A DNA stretch of 64,000 nt, taken from assembly GCA_964511645.1 (NCBI GenBank), contig CAZEGV010000004.1:1263-65262 (forward strand), read 5' to 3'. Position numbers and translations under genes: made by a program. The stretch is from an uncultured Cytophagales bacterium. GTDB taxonomy: Bacteria; Bacteroidota; Bacteroidia; Cytophagales; JAAEPT01. The notes beneath the pieces were generated by a model. That model was not told where the DNA came from, ran no database searches, and was given only the letters and a program-made list of their open reading frames with translations. Each line of letters starts with the position of its first letter. The first letter of the stretch is position 1. Below are positions 46,617-56,982 of the stretch, piece by piece.

Positions 46617-46808
46617 TCACACAAAACACTTATCTAACACTAAGCTATGCCTGTTAGACGTAAAAGTATAATAGCACCAACCCTTGAGTTGGTTAACTTC
46701 TTTTGGACCTAACCACTTGAGTGATTTTTTTAACTCCTTCTCGAAAAGAGCCAAATCAAAACTTACTTTAGACAAAATCTTTTTAATAAACTCTAACATG
46801 TTTTTCAT
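46617..46808 (-). CDS. small hypothetical protein
   Basis: A 63-aa ORF in an otherwise empty gap. No motif recognised. Confidence 0.3.
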   Translation of the reverse strand: MKNMLEFIKKILSKVSFDLALFEKELKKSLKWLGPKEVNQLKGWCYYTFTSNRHSLVLDKCFV

Positions 46809-46960
46809 ATTTAAATCAGTGTTTTAGTTCCAACCTTACTCACACTTCAACGATAAGATAAGTGATTTAGTTCACAAACACATTCTTTTTTTCTATAAAA
46901 ACAAAAAAAAGTATCTGTCAGTTGATGAATGTTTTACAATACACACTAATTATATTATGG

Positions 46961-47833
46961 CTATATACTCTGCACTTCAGCTGGTCTGTGTATTTTCTTT
47001 ACCAAACCTTGTAATACTTTACCTGGTCCACACTCTATAAAAACTTCTGCACCGTCTTCAATCATATGTTGTACAGATTGTGTCCATTTTACTGGAGCTG
47101 TCAATTGAGCAATTAAATTCTTTTTAATTACCTCTACATCCGTTTCAGGATTTGTTGTCACATTTTGATATACTGGACAAACTGCTTTGCTAAAAGAAGT
47201 TGCGTTAATCGCTTTTGCTAACTCTACTCTTGCAGGCTCCATCATTGAACTGTGAAAACCTCCACCTACTGGTAATGGTAAAGCACGTTTAGCACCAGCT
47301 TCTTTAGCCAATTCACAGGCTTTCTCAATTCCTTCTTTACTTCCCGAAATAACTAATTGCCCTGGGCAATTATAGTTAGCCGCTACAACACCTTCTACTT
47401 GAGCACAAACATCCTCTACGGCTTTATCTTCCAAACCAAGAATGGCTGCCATTGTAGATGGATTTTGTTCGCAAGCTTTCTGCATTGCCAAAGCTCTTTT
47501 ATAAACTAGTTTTAATCCATCTTCAAAACTCAATGCACCTGCTGCTACTAAAGCCGAAAATTCACCTAAAGAATGTCCTGCCACCATACTTGGTGTAAAA
47601 TCCTCTGCTACCAATGCAGAAATTACCGAATGCAAAAATACTGCTGGCTGAGTAATATTAGTTTGTTTTAGTTCTTCGGCAGTACCTTCAAACATTACTT
47701 TTGTAATTTCAAACCCTAAAATCTTATTTGCTTGTTCAAATAATTGTTTTGCTTTCGCTGATGATTCATATAAATCTTTACCCATTCCTGAGAACTGAGC
47801 TCCCTGTCCAGGGAATATATAAGCTTTTTTCAT
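46961..47833 (-). CDS. fabD: malonyl CoA-acyl carrier protein transacylase (a longer in-frame start at 47992 is possible)
   Basis: The canonical FabD start MKKAYIFPGQGAQFSGMG is at 47833. The active site is GHSLGEFSAL. A further 53 in-frame codons run upstream to an ATG overlapping the gltX stop. Confidence 0.85.
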   Translation of the reverse strand: MKKAYIFPGQGAQFSGMGKDLYESSAKAKQLFEQANKILGFEITKVMFEGTAEELKQTNITQPAVFLHSVISALVAEDFTPSMVAGHSLGEFSALVAAGALSFEDGLKLVYKRALAMQKACEQNPSTMAAILGLEDKAVEDVCAQVEGVVAANYNCPGQLVISGSKEGIEKACELAKEAGAKRALPLPVGGGFHSSMMEPARVELAKAINATSFSKAVCPVYQNVTTNPETDVEVIKKNLIAQLTAPVKWTQSVQHMIEDGAEVFIECGPGKVLQGLVKKIHRPAEVQSI

Positions 47834-47991
47834 CTTAATTCTATTTGTTATTTTTTTATCCTCTACGTTTTTGTCCAAAAACGCATTAATTTTATCTACA
47901 TCCAATGACCTAGAGATTTTACCAAAGGCATCTATACTGATATCAAGTCCTTCAAGGTCTTTGTGTACTTTTGGTTTTTTCTCCTCTCCCA

Positions 47992-49527
47992 TTAGGCTTG
48001 TGCTTTTACTGGTAAGACTTCAATTGCTTTTTTAAGCCTAGCCGATACTTCTTTTTTTCCTATCAGCTCTAATACTGGCATTAAGTCTGGACCACTTCCT
48101 TGCCCACTTACAGCTACTCGCAATGCTTGCATCACTTTCCCTAAGCCTACTCCATGCTTTTCTAGTACTTCTACCAATTTTTCTTTTATAGTATATTCAG
48201 TAAAGTTACCCATATTAAGAATCTCTTCTGCATAATCACTAAAAACAGCTACTGCATCAGTCGTCCATTTTTTCTTTACTGTTTTGGAATCATATTCACT
48301 TGGAGCATCAAAGAAATATTTAGCTTCTGTTATCAATTCTGTAGGAAAAGTAATTCTCTCTTTTAATAATCCCGCGATAATTTCGGCTTTTTTAGCAGAG
48401 CATTCTTGTCCTTTTAAATCATCCAATAAGTATTGAGCCAATTCAACATCTGTTTGTTGACGTAAGTATTGCTGATTGAACCATTTCACTTTATCAAAAT
48501 CAAACCTAGCTCCTGATTTACCAATTCTAGCCACAGAAAACTCTTTCTCTAATTCTGCTAGTGTAAATAGTTCTTCATGCGTTCCTGGGTTCCAACCTAA
48601 TAAAGACAAAAAATTGATTACTGCTCCTTTTAAGAAGCCACTTTCTTTATACCCTTTTGATAGATTCTTAGTCTCTGGATCTATCCAATCTAATGGAAAC
48701 ACAGGAAACCCCAATTGATCGGCAGCTCTCTTGCTTAACTTCCCTTTACCGTCAGGCTTAAGGATAAGCGGAAGATGTGCAAATTGTGGCATCTCATTTT
48801 CCCATCCTAAATATTTGTATAACAAAACGTGTAACGGTGCTGATGGCAACCATTCCTCCCCACGGATTACATGCGTTATTTTCATCAAATAATCATCCAC
48901 CACATTTGCTAAATGATATGTAGGCATCCCATCCGATTTCATAATGACCTTATCATCTATTGCAGACGAATGAACCATTACCCAACCTCTTACCATATCA
49001 TTTAACCTTATTTCCTCTTTACGAGGCACCTTAAGCCTAATCACATAAGCCTCTCCAGCATCCATCTTACGCTTCACTTCATCCTCTGGCAACGTTAACG
49101 AATTCTTCATCGACATACGAGTGATAGAATTATACTGCGGTGATGCCACACGAGCCGCTTTTAGTCGTTCACGCATTTCAGTAAGCTCATCTGGAGTATC
49201 AAAAGCATAATAAGCATGCCCCTCATCCACCAACTTCTGTGCATACTGCATATACATTGGCTTCCTATCCGATTGGCGATAAGGACCTACCTCACCCGGA
49301 TTCCACGGACTTTCATCTGGTACAATACCTAACCATTCCAAAGAAGATTTGATATACTCTTCAGCTCCTTCTACATAACGTGTCTGGTCTGTGTCTTCTA
49401 TTCTTAACAAGAATTTTCCACCTTGGTTTTTGGCAAATAAATAATTGTATAATGCGGTACGAACACCGCCGATGTGTAATGCCCCAGTAGGACTGGGTGC
49501 AAATCTTACTCGTACTTCTCTACTCAT
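47992..49527 (-). CDS. gltX: glutamate--tRNA ligase
   Basis: 511 aa. The HIGH-type motif (PTGALHIGGVRTALYNY) and the KMSKS-type motif (KLSKR) are present. Confidence 0.95.
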   Translation of the reverse strand: MSREVRVRFAPSPTGALHIGGVRTALYNYLFAKNQGGKFLLRIEDTDQTRYVEGAEEYIKSSLEWLGIVPDESPWNPGEVGPYRQSDRKPMYMQYAQKLVDEGHAYYAFDTPDELTEMRERLKAARVASPQYNSITRMSMKNSLTLPEDEVKRKMDAGEAYVIRLKVPRKEEIRLNDMVRGWVMVHSSAIDDKVIMKSDGMPTYHLANVVDDYLMKITHVIRGEEWLPSAPLHVLLYKYLGWENEMPQFAHLPLILKPDGKGKLSKRAADQLGFPVFPLDWIDPETKNLSKGYKESGFLKGAVINFLSLLGWNPGTHEELFTLAELEKEFSVARIGKSGARFDFDKVKWFNQQYLRQQTDVELAQYLLDDLKGQECSAKKAEIIAGLLKERITFPTELITEAKYFFDAPSEYDSKTVKKKWTTDAVAVFSDYAEEILNMGNFTEYTIKEKLVEVLEKHGVGLGKVMQALRVAVSGQGSGPDLMPVLELIGKKEVSARLKKAIEVLPVKAQA

Positions 49528-49703
49528 AGTGACAAAATTAACGCTTTAGACTAGTTTATCAAAACTATTCTAAGTCTTAGAATAAAAAAAATATTTTTAT
49601 TCCTGAGTGCACAATATAAATCAACTAATAACTAACTGACAAATTCATCTTTTTAATACAATAATATAGCCTAGTTCACATATTGTTTGTACTTTAGTGC
49701 CTA

Positions 49704-52007
49704 ATGGGAAAACTCAAAAAAACAGCAGAAAAAATATTATATTTTTTCCCCGTACAAATCATTATTACTCATTTGCGTAAAAATCAAATTTTACTACTGT
49801 TTTGGGCTGTTCTTTTCAGTATACTCACCAATGGTTTTGGATCAAACGTAGGACTCCCTTACTTATTATTAGACCCTGAATATCTTGGTCAAGTCTCTTT
49901 TCTAAGTATGTTTATTATGGGGTCTGCTTACGGGATTTACACCATTGCTTTCTTTCTCACCTCATATATTTTAGATGCTCATAAATTTCCTTTTTTAGCT
50001 ACTGTCAAGTACCCTTTACTTAGATTTAGTGTAAACAACAGCCTAATCCCCCTTGTTTTCTTAAGTCTCTATTTAATTAAATTTTATAACTTTCAGTTAG
50101 AGTCGAGTTTTCAAAGCACTGCTAAAACCATTAAAGAAAGTATTGGGTTTTTCTCAGGATTTTCCCTTATACTTACCCTCCTATTTCTATACCTTACTTT
50201 TGCTCAAAACAGGTTTTTTAAAACCATGGTGGATAGCCTAGACTTTACACTCAAGAAAAAAAGAATTAACACCGTTCGTGTTATCAAAAAAATGAATGAA
50301 GCTCAGAAAAATAAGTTTGTGATTCGTTCATATCTCTATAATTTTTGGAAAATCAAAAAAGTAGATGCTACGGCTATATTTTTAAACAAGGAAGCTATAC
50401 TGAAAATCATTGACAGACATCACCTTAATGCAACTATTGTGCAAATTGGACTTTTTCTCTTAATTATTGGGATTGGGGTTTTTAAAGAATATAGTCTCTT
50501 ACAGATTCCTGCGGCTGCAAGTGGATTTCTTTTATTTTCTTTCTTTGTGATGTTTACTGGTGCTTTTGCTTACTGGTTTCGCAATTGGACAATTACTGGG
50601 ATTATTGCCATCCTTCTTATTTTTAATTTCTTTATGAAAAGAGATTTTTTAGACAGTCCCTACCAAGCTTTCGGTCTCAGCTATGACGAAGTAAATACAC
50701 CGTATAATCTTGACGAAATCGAAAAACAAAATTCAAAATCTCAATATGATTCAGATAAAAAAAACACATTAGAAATTTTAAATAATTGGAGAAAACAGTT
50801 CCCTAAAGCCAAAAAACCAAAAATCATATTTTTAGCGACAAGCGGAGGAGGTCAAAGGGCTGCCTTATGGACAACTCATACCTTACAATACATAGACAAG
50901 GCGTTAGACAATAAATTAATGCGACACACCAAGCTCATAACAGGGGCTTCTGGAGGACTTATTGGAGCAGCATACTATAGAGAATTATACCTCCGAAAAA
51001 TCAACAAAAAATTAGAAACCATTAACGATAACAAGTACTCTTATAATATCGCTAAAGACTTACTAAACCCTATGATTTTTTCTATCGTAGTCAATGATTT
51101 ATTTTTTCGGTACAAGAAATTTGAGTACGAAGGCAATCAGTATTTTAGTGGAAGAGGTTACACCTTTGAAAAAACATTAAACAAAAACACAAATAACATT
51201 TTAAACAAAAAAGTAAGTGACTACACAAGTGATGAGTTTACGGCAAAGATACCAATGTTGCTAATATCACCTACAATAATAAATGACGGGAGGAGATTAT
51301 ACATTTCTACTCAGCCCATTAGTTACATGAACAACGTCTCTCATAAAGAAAATAGGACTTTTGTACCTCGGCAAAAGGGAATTGATTTTAATACTTTCTT
51401 TAAAGAAAAAGGTGCAAAAAAGCTAAAATTACTATCCGCACTAAGAATGAACGCTTCTTTTCCTTATATATCTCCTTTTGTAGAGCTTCCTACGGAACCA
51501 AAAATAGAGGTGATGGATGCAGGCTTATCTGACAATTATGGTATATCGGATGCTTTGCGGTTTATGACCACATTTGAAAACTGGATAAAAGAAAATACTT
51601 CGGGAGTCATTATTGTCTCGATAAGAGATTCCGAAACCGACCCTGAAGTTGAAAAACCAGATGCTCCTTCTCTTTTCAAAAATCTATTCAACCCAATCGG
51701 AACTATCTTTAATCACTGGGAGTACATTCAAGATTTCAGTAATGATAATCAGATTGAATATGTAAGTAAATTATTCAAAAATAAATTTAATGTCATTTCT
51801 TTTTGCTACGACCCTAAGCCTCACAACTGGAGGAAACTAAAAGAGAAAGACATTGACCCAGATAGGATGGAAAAATTAAATCAGCAATCTAAAGCCTCTC
51901 TAAGTTGGCACTTAACCATCCGAGAAAAAGAAAGTATTATGCGTACGATTGAAGAAGATTACAATCAAGAAATGCTCAACAATCTTAAAAATCTATTAAA
52001 TGAATAG
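49704..52007 (+). CDS. patatin-like phospholipase with an N-terminal multi-TM domain
   Basis: 767 aa. About 300 aa of hydrophobic N-terminus are followed by the oxyanion motif SGGGQRA, the nucleophile elbow GASGG and the catalytic Asp motif DAGLSDNYG. Confidence 0.8.
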   Translation: MGKLKKTAEKILYFFPVQIIITHLRKNQILLLFWAVLFSILTNGFGSNVGLPYLLLDPEYLGQVSFLSMFIMGSAYGIYTIAFFLTSYILDAHKFPFLATVKYPLLRFSVNNSLIPLVFLSLYLIKFYNFQLESSFQSTAKTIKESIGFFSGFSLILTLLFLYLTFAQNRFFKTMVDSLDFTLKKKRINTVRVIKKMNEAQKNKFVIRSYLYNFWKIKKVDATAIFLNKEAILKIIDRHHLNATIVQIGLFLLIIGIGVFKEYSLLQIPAAASGFLLFSFFVMFTGAFAYWFRNWTITGIIAILLIFNFFMKRDFLDSPYQAFGLSYDEVNTPYNLDEIEKQNSKSQYDSDKKNTLEILNNWRKQFPKAKKPKIIFLATSGGGQRAALWTTHTLQYIDKALDNKLMRHTKLITGASGGLIGAAYYRELYLRKINKKLETINDNKYSYNIAKDLLNPMIFSIVVNDLFFRYKKFEYEGNQYFSGRGYTFEKTLNKNTNNILNKKVSDYTSDEFTAKIPMLLISPTIINDGRRLYISTQPISYMNNVSHKENRTFVPRQKGIDFNTFFKEKGAKKLKLLSALRMNASFPYISPFVELPTEPKIEVMDAGLSDNYGISDALRFMTTFENWIKENTSGVIIVSIRDSETDPEVEKPDAPSLFKNLFNPIGTIFNHWEYIQDFSNDNQIEYVSKLFKNKFNVISFCYDPKPHNWRKLKEKDIDPDRMEKLNQQSKASLSWHLTIREKESIMRTIEEDYNQEMLNNLKNLLNE

Positions 52008-54327
52008 GCTTAAAGCCAATATATTTTTATTTTTTTTAAGTGTATCCTTTTGTACTATTGCTCAGCAGTTTAAAGACATCAACACGCTTCAAAGCATACC
52101 AGTATACATTACAGGGGTCAATAAAGATTTTTTATCCCTAAACATTAGTGGGTTTACAACAAAAAAAACTAGTGACAGCGTACAAATAAATGCTTTTGGC
52201 TATCAATCTATCAAAACCACTCTTTCAGATAGCGTGATTTTCCTATCTCCTACCCTTATCGGAAACACGAATTACAGTCACCCTCAAGCAATCGAAATCA
52301 TCAAGAAAATACATCACAACAAAAAAACAAATGATCCAGAAAGAAGTACTGGTTTTGAGTATTTCTCTTATAATAAATTTTATATCTCTTCCGAGAAAAT
52401 AAAACTCAAGTCAAAACCTGTTGCTAATTTTTTACGGAAGTACTTCAGTCTCAACCTTAATATCCCTACGGTAGATGACAAACACTTTATATTAATCGAG
52501 TCAGAGTCTAAACGAAACTACAAGTCACCCATTAATGATGAGGAAACAATTATAAAGAGTAAAATCACAGGAATCAACAAGCCCAACTTCATTACTATCA
52601 ACTCGCAGGTAAACAGTCTCTCTCTTTATAAAAACTTTTTAGATATCGCAGCAAAATCATACACAAATCCCATTCCACCTACTGCTCGAAAAAGATATGT
52701 TTTTCAATTAATTGATACTATTAACACCAATACAAACCAATATTACATTATTAAATTTAACCCTAAAAAAGGGGCGAAATTTGAATCTCTATCAGGTATT
52801 ATAATTGTAAGTAAAAAAGATTGGGGTATCAAATATTTTAGTGCTAGACCCAGTATTAAAAGAGGTAAAACTACTATTTCTTATCACCAAAGCAACAATT
52901 ATCATAAAAACTATTGGTTCCCAAACACCATCCTCACTAGTATCACACCACAAAACTTAGGATCAAAAAAAAGTAGCTTTACCGCCACCAGCTTATCAAT
53001 CATTTTTAATCACAGCCGAGAGTGTAGTAAGAAAAAATTTACTGATATTGCTTTAAAATTCACACCAAAGATAGATAGTAACATAAACAGAAAAGTACCG
53101 CTTAGTAAGAAAGATCAAAACACTTATACGTTCTATAAAGGATTGGGACAAATTCACAACTTTGACAAAGTCATAAAAATAGGTGAACATCTCTATAATA
53201 AAGAAGTCTACCTTAAATACTACACAATGTTTTTTGACCAAGTAGTCAGGTACAATAAATATGAAAAATTACGCCTAGGACTAGGGATGAAAACTAACGA
53301 CAAGATATCAAAGAAAATAAACGTAGGGGGATTTATTGCTTATGGGTTTGGGGATGATAGGGCTAAGTATGGAGCAAACGTTAAGTTCAAAATTATTAAA
53401 GAAGAAGTACTTACACTCAACATAGAAACTCAAACTAATGACATAGAATCTGGAGCAAACAGCTTCATCAATTCACCTGCACAGTACTCATCTGAATGGC
53501 TTCGTAAATTAAAAGTAGCTAGAATGGATCGTATCATAACTCATAAAATAGAATTATCCAGTCACCCTATTCGCTTTCTTACTACTCAGGTTTATTTTCA
53601 GCACATCAATTACAAACCTAATTACGACTATGAATTTAACGGGTTAACTCGCTTCAAATACAATATAACTGGGCTAAACCTACGATATTCATTTGGAGAA
53701 TTATTTCTTAAAATAGAAGAAGAAAAGGTGGCCCTCAAAAATAATTTCCCTATTTTCTTTTTACACTTTAACCACGGTAAGGCTTTACAAAGTTCTATTG
53801 ATGATTTTTTTAAAGTAGAAAGCAAAATAGAATACTCTTTACAGTTCCCCACTTTTGGGACATCACTCTTTCAATTACATGCTGGAAAAAATTATAACCA
53901 GACACCTTATGTTCTTAATTTTAACGGAAAAGGAAGTAGAGAAATTGCTACTGTTGCTCATAATAGTTTTGAGACCATGAAGTATAATGAATTTACAAAT
54001 GACCAATTTCTAACCTTATACTCCACCCATAATTTCGGATACCTTAATTTTCTTCGTTGGAAAAACTTTCGACCAAAAGCCCATATAGCTTTTAACATGG
54101 GGTATGGAAAACTCAAAAACTCATTTTCGCATCAAAAAATAAATGTCCAAGATTTCTCCAAAGGCTACTACGAAGTCGGTTTTCTGATTAAAGAGCTAGT
54201 GCAAATTAAAGCCGCAGTCCTCAAAATCAACTTTGGGATTGGTATTTATCAACGTATTGGTAATTATGCTTATGCTAAAACAATTGACAATACTGTCTTA
54301 AAAATAGCTTTAGGGTTTAAACTATAA
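52000..54327 (+). CDS. DUF5686-like protein, diverged paralogue of 8562-11030
   Basis: 775 aa. Signal peptide FLFFLSVSFCTIAQ. The architecture is colinear with the other DUF5686-like ORF (for example YYIIKFNPKKG against YYIKFRPKRAQ). It overlaps the patatin gene by 8 nt. Confidence 0.6.
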   Translation: MNRLKANIFLFFLSVSFCTIAQQFKDINTLQSIPVYITGVNKDFLSLNISGFTTKKTSDSVQINAFGYQSIKTTLSDSVIFLSPTLIGNTNYSHPQAIEIIKKIHHNKKTNDPERSTGFEYFSYNKFYISSEKIKLKSKPVANFLRKYFSLNLNIPTVDDKHFILIESESKRNYKSPINDEETIIKSKITGINKPNFITINSQVNSLSLYKNFLDIAAKSYTNPIPPTARKRYVFQLIDTINTNTNQYYIIKFNPKKGAKFESLSGIIIVSKKDWGIKYFSARPSIKRGKTTISYHQSNNYHKNYWFPNTILTSITPQNLGSKKSSFTATSLSIIFNHSRECSKKKFTDIALKFTPKIDSNINRKVPLSKKDQNTYTFYKGLGQIHNFDKVIKIGEHLYNKEVYLKYYTMFFDQVVRYNKYEKLRLGLGMKTNDKISKKINVGGFIAYGFGDDRAKYGANVKFKIIKEEVLTLNIETQTNDIESGANSFINSPAQYSSEWLRKLKVARMDRIITHKIELSSHPIRFLTTQVYFQHINYKPNYDYEFNGLTRFKYNITGLNLRYSFGELFLKIEEEKVALKNNFPIFFLHFNHGKALQSSIDDFFKVESKIEYSLQFPTFGTSLFQLHAGKNYNQTPYVLNFNGKGSREIATVAHNSFETMKYNEFTNDQFLTLYSTHNFGYLNFLRWKNFRPKAHIAFNMGYGKLKNSFSHQKINVQDFSKGYYEVGFLIKELVQIKAAVLKINFGIGIYQRIGNYAYAKTIDNTVLKIALGFKL

Positions 54328-54438
54328 GTTAACCTCCCTATAAAATGAACTTTATAAGTTAAGTATGTGTTAATTTCTTATTAAAAGGGGAATTAGTAAG
54401 TTATTTTGTAATTTGGGATTGTAAAACACAAAACATAT

Positions 54439-55140
54439 ATGGGAACAGAAACAGACATCTGGTATTTCGAAAACGTTGACTTATATAATATATTTTGTCC
54501 TCACAAGGTAAAAGGAGTAGATGAAAAACATGAATTTTCTACATATAGCAAAGGCAACTATGTTTATTTTCCAGACGAACGTTCTTCTCACATCTACTTA
54601 ATAGCTGACGGAAGAATAAAAATAGGCACTTACAACACTGACGGGAAAGAAATCGTAAGAGCTATTTTATCTAAAGGTGAAGTTTTTGGAGAAAAGTCAA
54701 TATTAGGAGATCAGACATCTACCCGTAGGGAATTTGCTCAGGCAATGGACTCTAATACATCTATATGCCCACTTACTGTAGAAGATATGCAGGAGTTAAT
54801 GAAAAACAATCGGGAATTAAGTATCAAAATGACTCGTTTGATTGGTTTTAAGCTACTAAAAGCCGAACGGAGAATTGAGTCAATGGTTTACAAGGACGCT
54901 CGCACTAGAATTATAGAATTCTTATGTGATTGGGCAGACGAAAAAGGACAGAAAATAGGTTATGAAACTTTAGTAAAAGGTTTTTTTACTCACCAAGATA
55001 TTGCAAGCCTCACGGCCACGTCTCGGCAAACCGTCACAACTACTCTCAATGACCTGAGAGAAAAAAACCTACTCACTTTTGACCGTAAGAGACTATTAAT
55101 TAGAGACTTAGAAAAACTAAAAATAGAAGTATCAAAATAG
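54439..55140 (+). CDS. Crp/Fnr-family transcriptional regulator
   Basis: 233 aa. A cNMP-binding-like beta-roll (GEVFGEKSILG) and a C-terminal HTH (THQDIASLTATSRQTVTTTLNDLREKNLL) are present. Confidence 0.8.
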   Translation: MGTETDIWYFENVDLYNIFCPHKVKGVDEKHEFSTYSKGNYVYFPDERSSHIYLIADGRIKIGTYNTDGKEIVRAILSKGEVFGEKSILGDQTSTRREFAQAMDSNTSICPLTVEDMQELMKNNRELSIKMTRLIGFKLLKAERRIESMVYKDARTRIIEFLCDWADEKGQKIGYETLVKGFFTHQDIASLTATSRQTVTTTLNDLREKNLLTFDRKRLLIRDLEKLKIEVSK

Positions 55141-55143
55141 TAT

Positions 55144-56982
55144 ATGCCAGCAATCAAGCAGACATTATTTCTTCTACTTACCCGACTAGGGATTATCTTG
55201 GTCAGCATGGCTATTCTCCGCATATTCTTCACTCTATACAACCATGTATACTTTGACCTTTGGGGATGGATTGAACTAATAAAAGGACTTAGAATTGACT
55301 TAAGCTATAGCATATACGTCTTCTCTCTTTATTTTTTTACCCAAATTATTTTTCCAAATAAATTAAAGACAATCAAACTTGCCCTGTTCTTACTTGGTTT
55401 TATGCTTGTGATTATTCCTGAGTTAATAGATTGGGGATATTTTAGCTTTGTTCAAAAAAGACTCACTAAAGACGTTTTAATTTACTTAAGACCTAACGGA
55501 GAATTTTGGGCTCTCGCTCCTAAATTCATATGGGATTACAAATGGTCTCTTCTATCATTTATAATACTATTGTTCTCTGTAAAACATTTTTTTACCAAAG
55601 TAGAAAAAACATTAGCCCCAACAAGCTGGGTTCAAAAAATAGGAATTTCAATAGTATGGATTACCTTTACAATAATAGCTGGTCGTGGTGGCTTGCAGCA
55701 CCGCCCCCTAGAGCTTGCTAATGCTGTAAAAGGAGTCTCTCCTCAAAACATCCCAATTGTACTAAACTCAGGATTTTCATTATTCTCTTCCTTCTTTGTA
55801 GGTGGAGTTCAACCTGTTCACTACATGAGTACAGATGAAGCTCAAAGCTACTTTTCTCCTCAAAAACACAGTAAAAAAGACACAAATACTCACTTTAAGC
55901 CTAATATTGTTATTCTTATTCTCGAAAGTTTCTCTCAAGAATACATTGGGTATTACAATCATTCAAGTAATTCGTACACTCCCTTTTTGGATTCATTATT
56001 AAAAAAATCAATCACTTATAAAAGAGCTTACGCTAATGGAAAACGTTCCGTAGAAGCCGTACCAGCAATTTTGGCAGGCCTACCTTCTCTTATGTCTGAT
56101 CCTTATATATTTTCTAGTTATGCTACAAACTCTATTAGAGCATTGCCTAGTATCCTCAAAGAGTATGGTTATAACACAAGCTTTTATCATGGTGGTCATA
56201 ATGGCACAATGGGTTTTGACGGATTCTGTACTGCAGCAGGGATAGATGATTACTATGGATACAATGAATATACTGGTGATAAAAAAAAAGACTTTGATGG
56301 GAATTGGGGAATCTTTGATGAACCTTACCTACAATACTTCGCTAAAGATTTATCTCAAAAAAAAGAACCGTTTTTCTCTAGTTTATTTACATTATCATCC
56401 CATCATCCTTACACAATACCTCATCAGCATAAAGGAAAATTTAAAAAAGGAACTTTAGACATCCACCAATCTGTTAGATATGCTGACTATTCTTTACAAC
56501 AATTTTTCAAAAATGCTTCCAAAAAATCATGGTTCAAAAATACCATCTTTATCCTTACAGCAGATCATACTGCACAAGCCAGTTCTCACGAATATGGAAA
56601 CATAGAAGGGAAATACCGCATTCCTTTAGCTATATATAACCCTACAAATTTAAAAATAAAACTCAACACCAATCAAATCACTCAGCAATCCGACATTATG
56701 GCGATTGCTCTAACTATACTAGGAAAAGAAAATAACTACCTAAGCTTTGGAAACAACTTAGGTCAGGAAGAAAACTGGGCAGTAATGTACAATGACAATA
56801 AAGTACAACTTATTACAAAACAACACGTTATACAAATAGATTATGAAGGAAAGCATCAAACATTCAAACTAAAAAAAGACGGACGACTCAAGAAAGTAGA
56901 AGGACAAGAAAAAGATATTCAAATCCTAAAATCAATTATGCAACAATACACTAGTGCTCTAATCAAAAATCAATTAAAATGA
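55144..56982 (+). CDS. LTA synthase-family / sulfatase-like membrane-anchored phosphotransferase
   Basis: 612 aa. Five N-terminal TM helices are followed by an alkaline-phosphatase-superfamily domain (NIVILILESFSQEY, SLFTLSSHHPY, ILTADH). Confidence 0.8.
   Translation: MPAIKQTLFLLLTRLGIILVSMAILRIFFTLYNHVYFDLWGWIELIKGLRIDLSYSIYVFSLYFFTQIIFPNKLKTIKLALFLLGFMLVIIPELIDWGYFSFVQKRLTKDVLIYLRPNGEFWALAPKFIWDYKWSLLSFIILLFSVKHFFTKVEKTLAPTSWVQKIGISIVWITFTIIAGRGGLQHRPLELANAVKGVSPQNIPIVLNSGFSLFSSFFVGGVQPVHYMSTDEAQSYFSPQKHSKKDTNTHFKPNIVILILESFSQEYIGYYNHSSNSYTPFLDSLLKKSITYKRAYANGKRSVEAVPAILAGLPSLMSDPYIFSSYATNSIRALPSILKEYGYNTSFYHGGHNGTMGFDGFCTAAGIDDYYGYNEYTGDKKKDFDGNWGIFDEPYLQYFAKDLSQKKEPFFSSLFTLSSHHPYTIPHQHKGKFKKGTLDIHQSVRYADYSLQQFFKNASKKSWFKNTIFILTADHTAQASSHEYGNIEGKYRIPLAIYNPTNLKIKLNTNQITQQSDIMAIALTILGKENNYLSFGNNLGQEENWAVMYNDNKVQLITKQHVIQIDYEGKHQTFKLKKDGRLKKVEGQEKDIQILKSIMQQYTSALIKNQLK

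Noticed and set aside
49704-52007. The patatin-like protein as a CBASS or other defence effector
   Set aside because: No cyclase, nucleotidyltransferase, sensor or other defence gene lies adjacent. The gene is embedded among housekeeping genes and coupled to an envelope-type DUF5686 gene.
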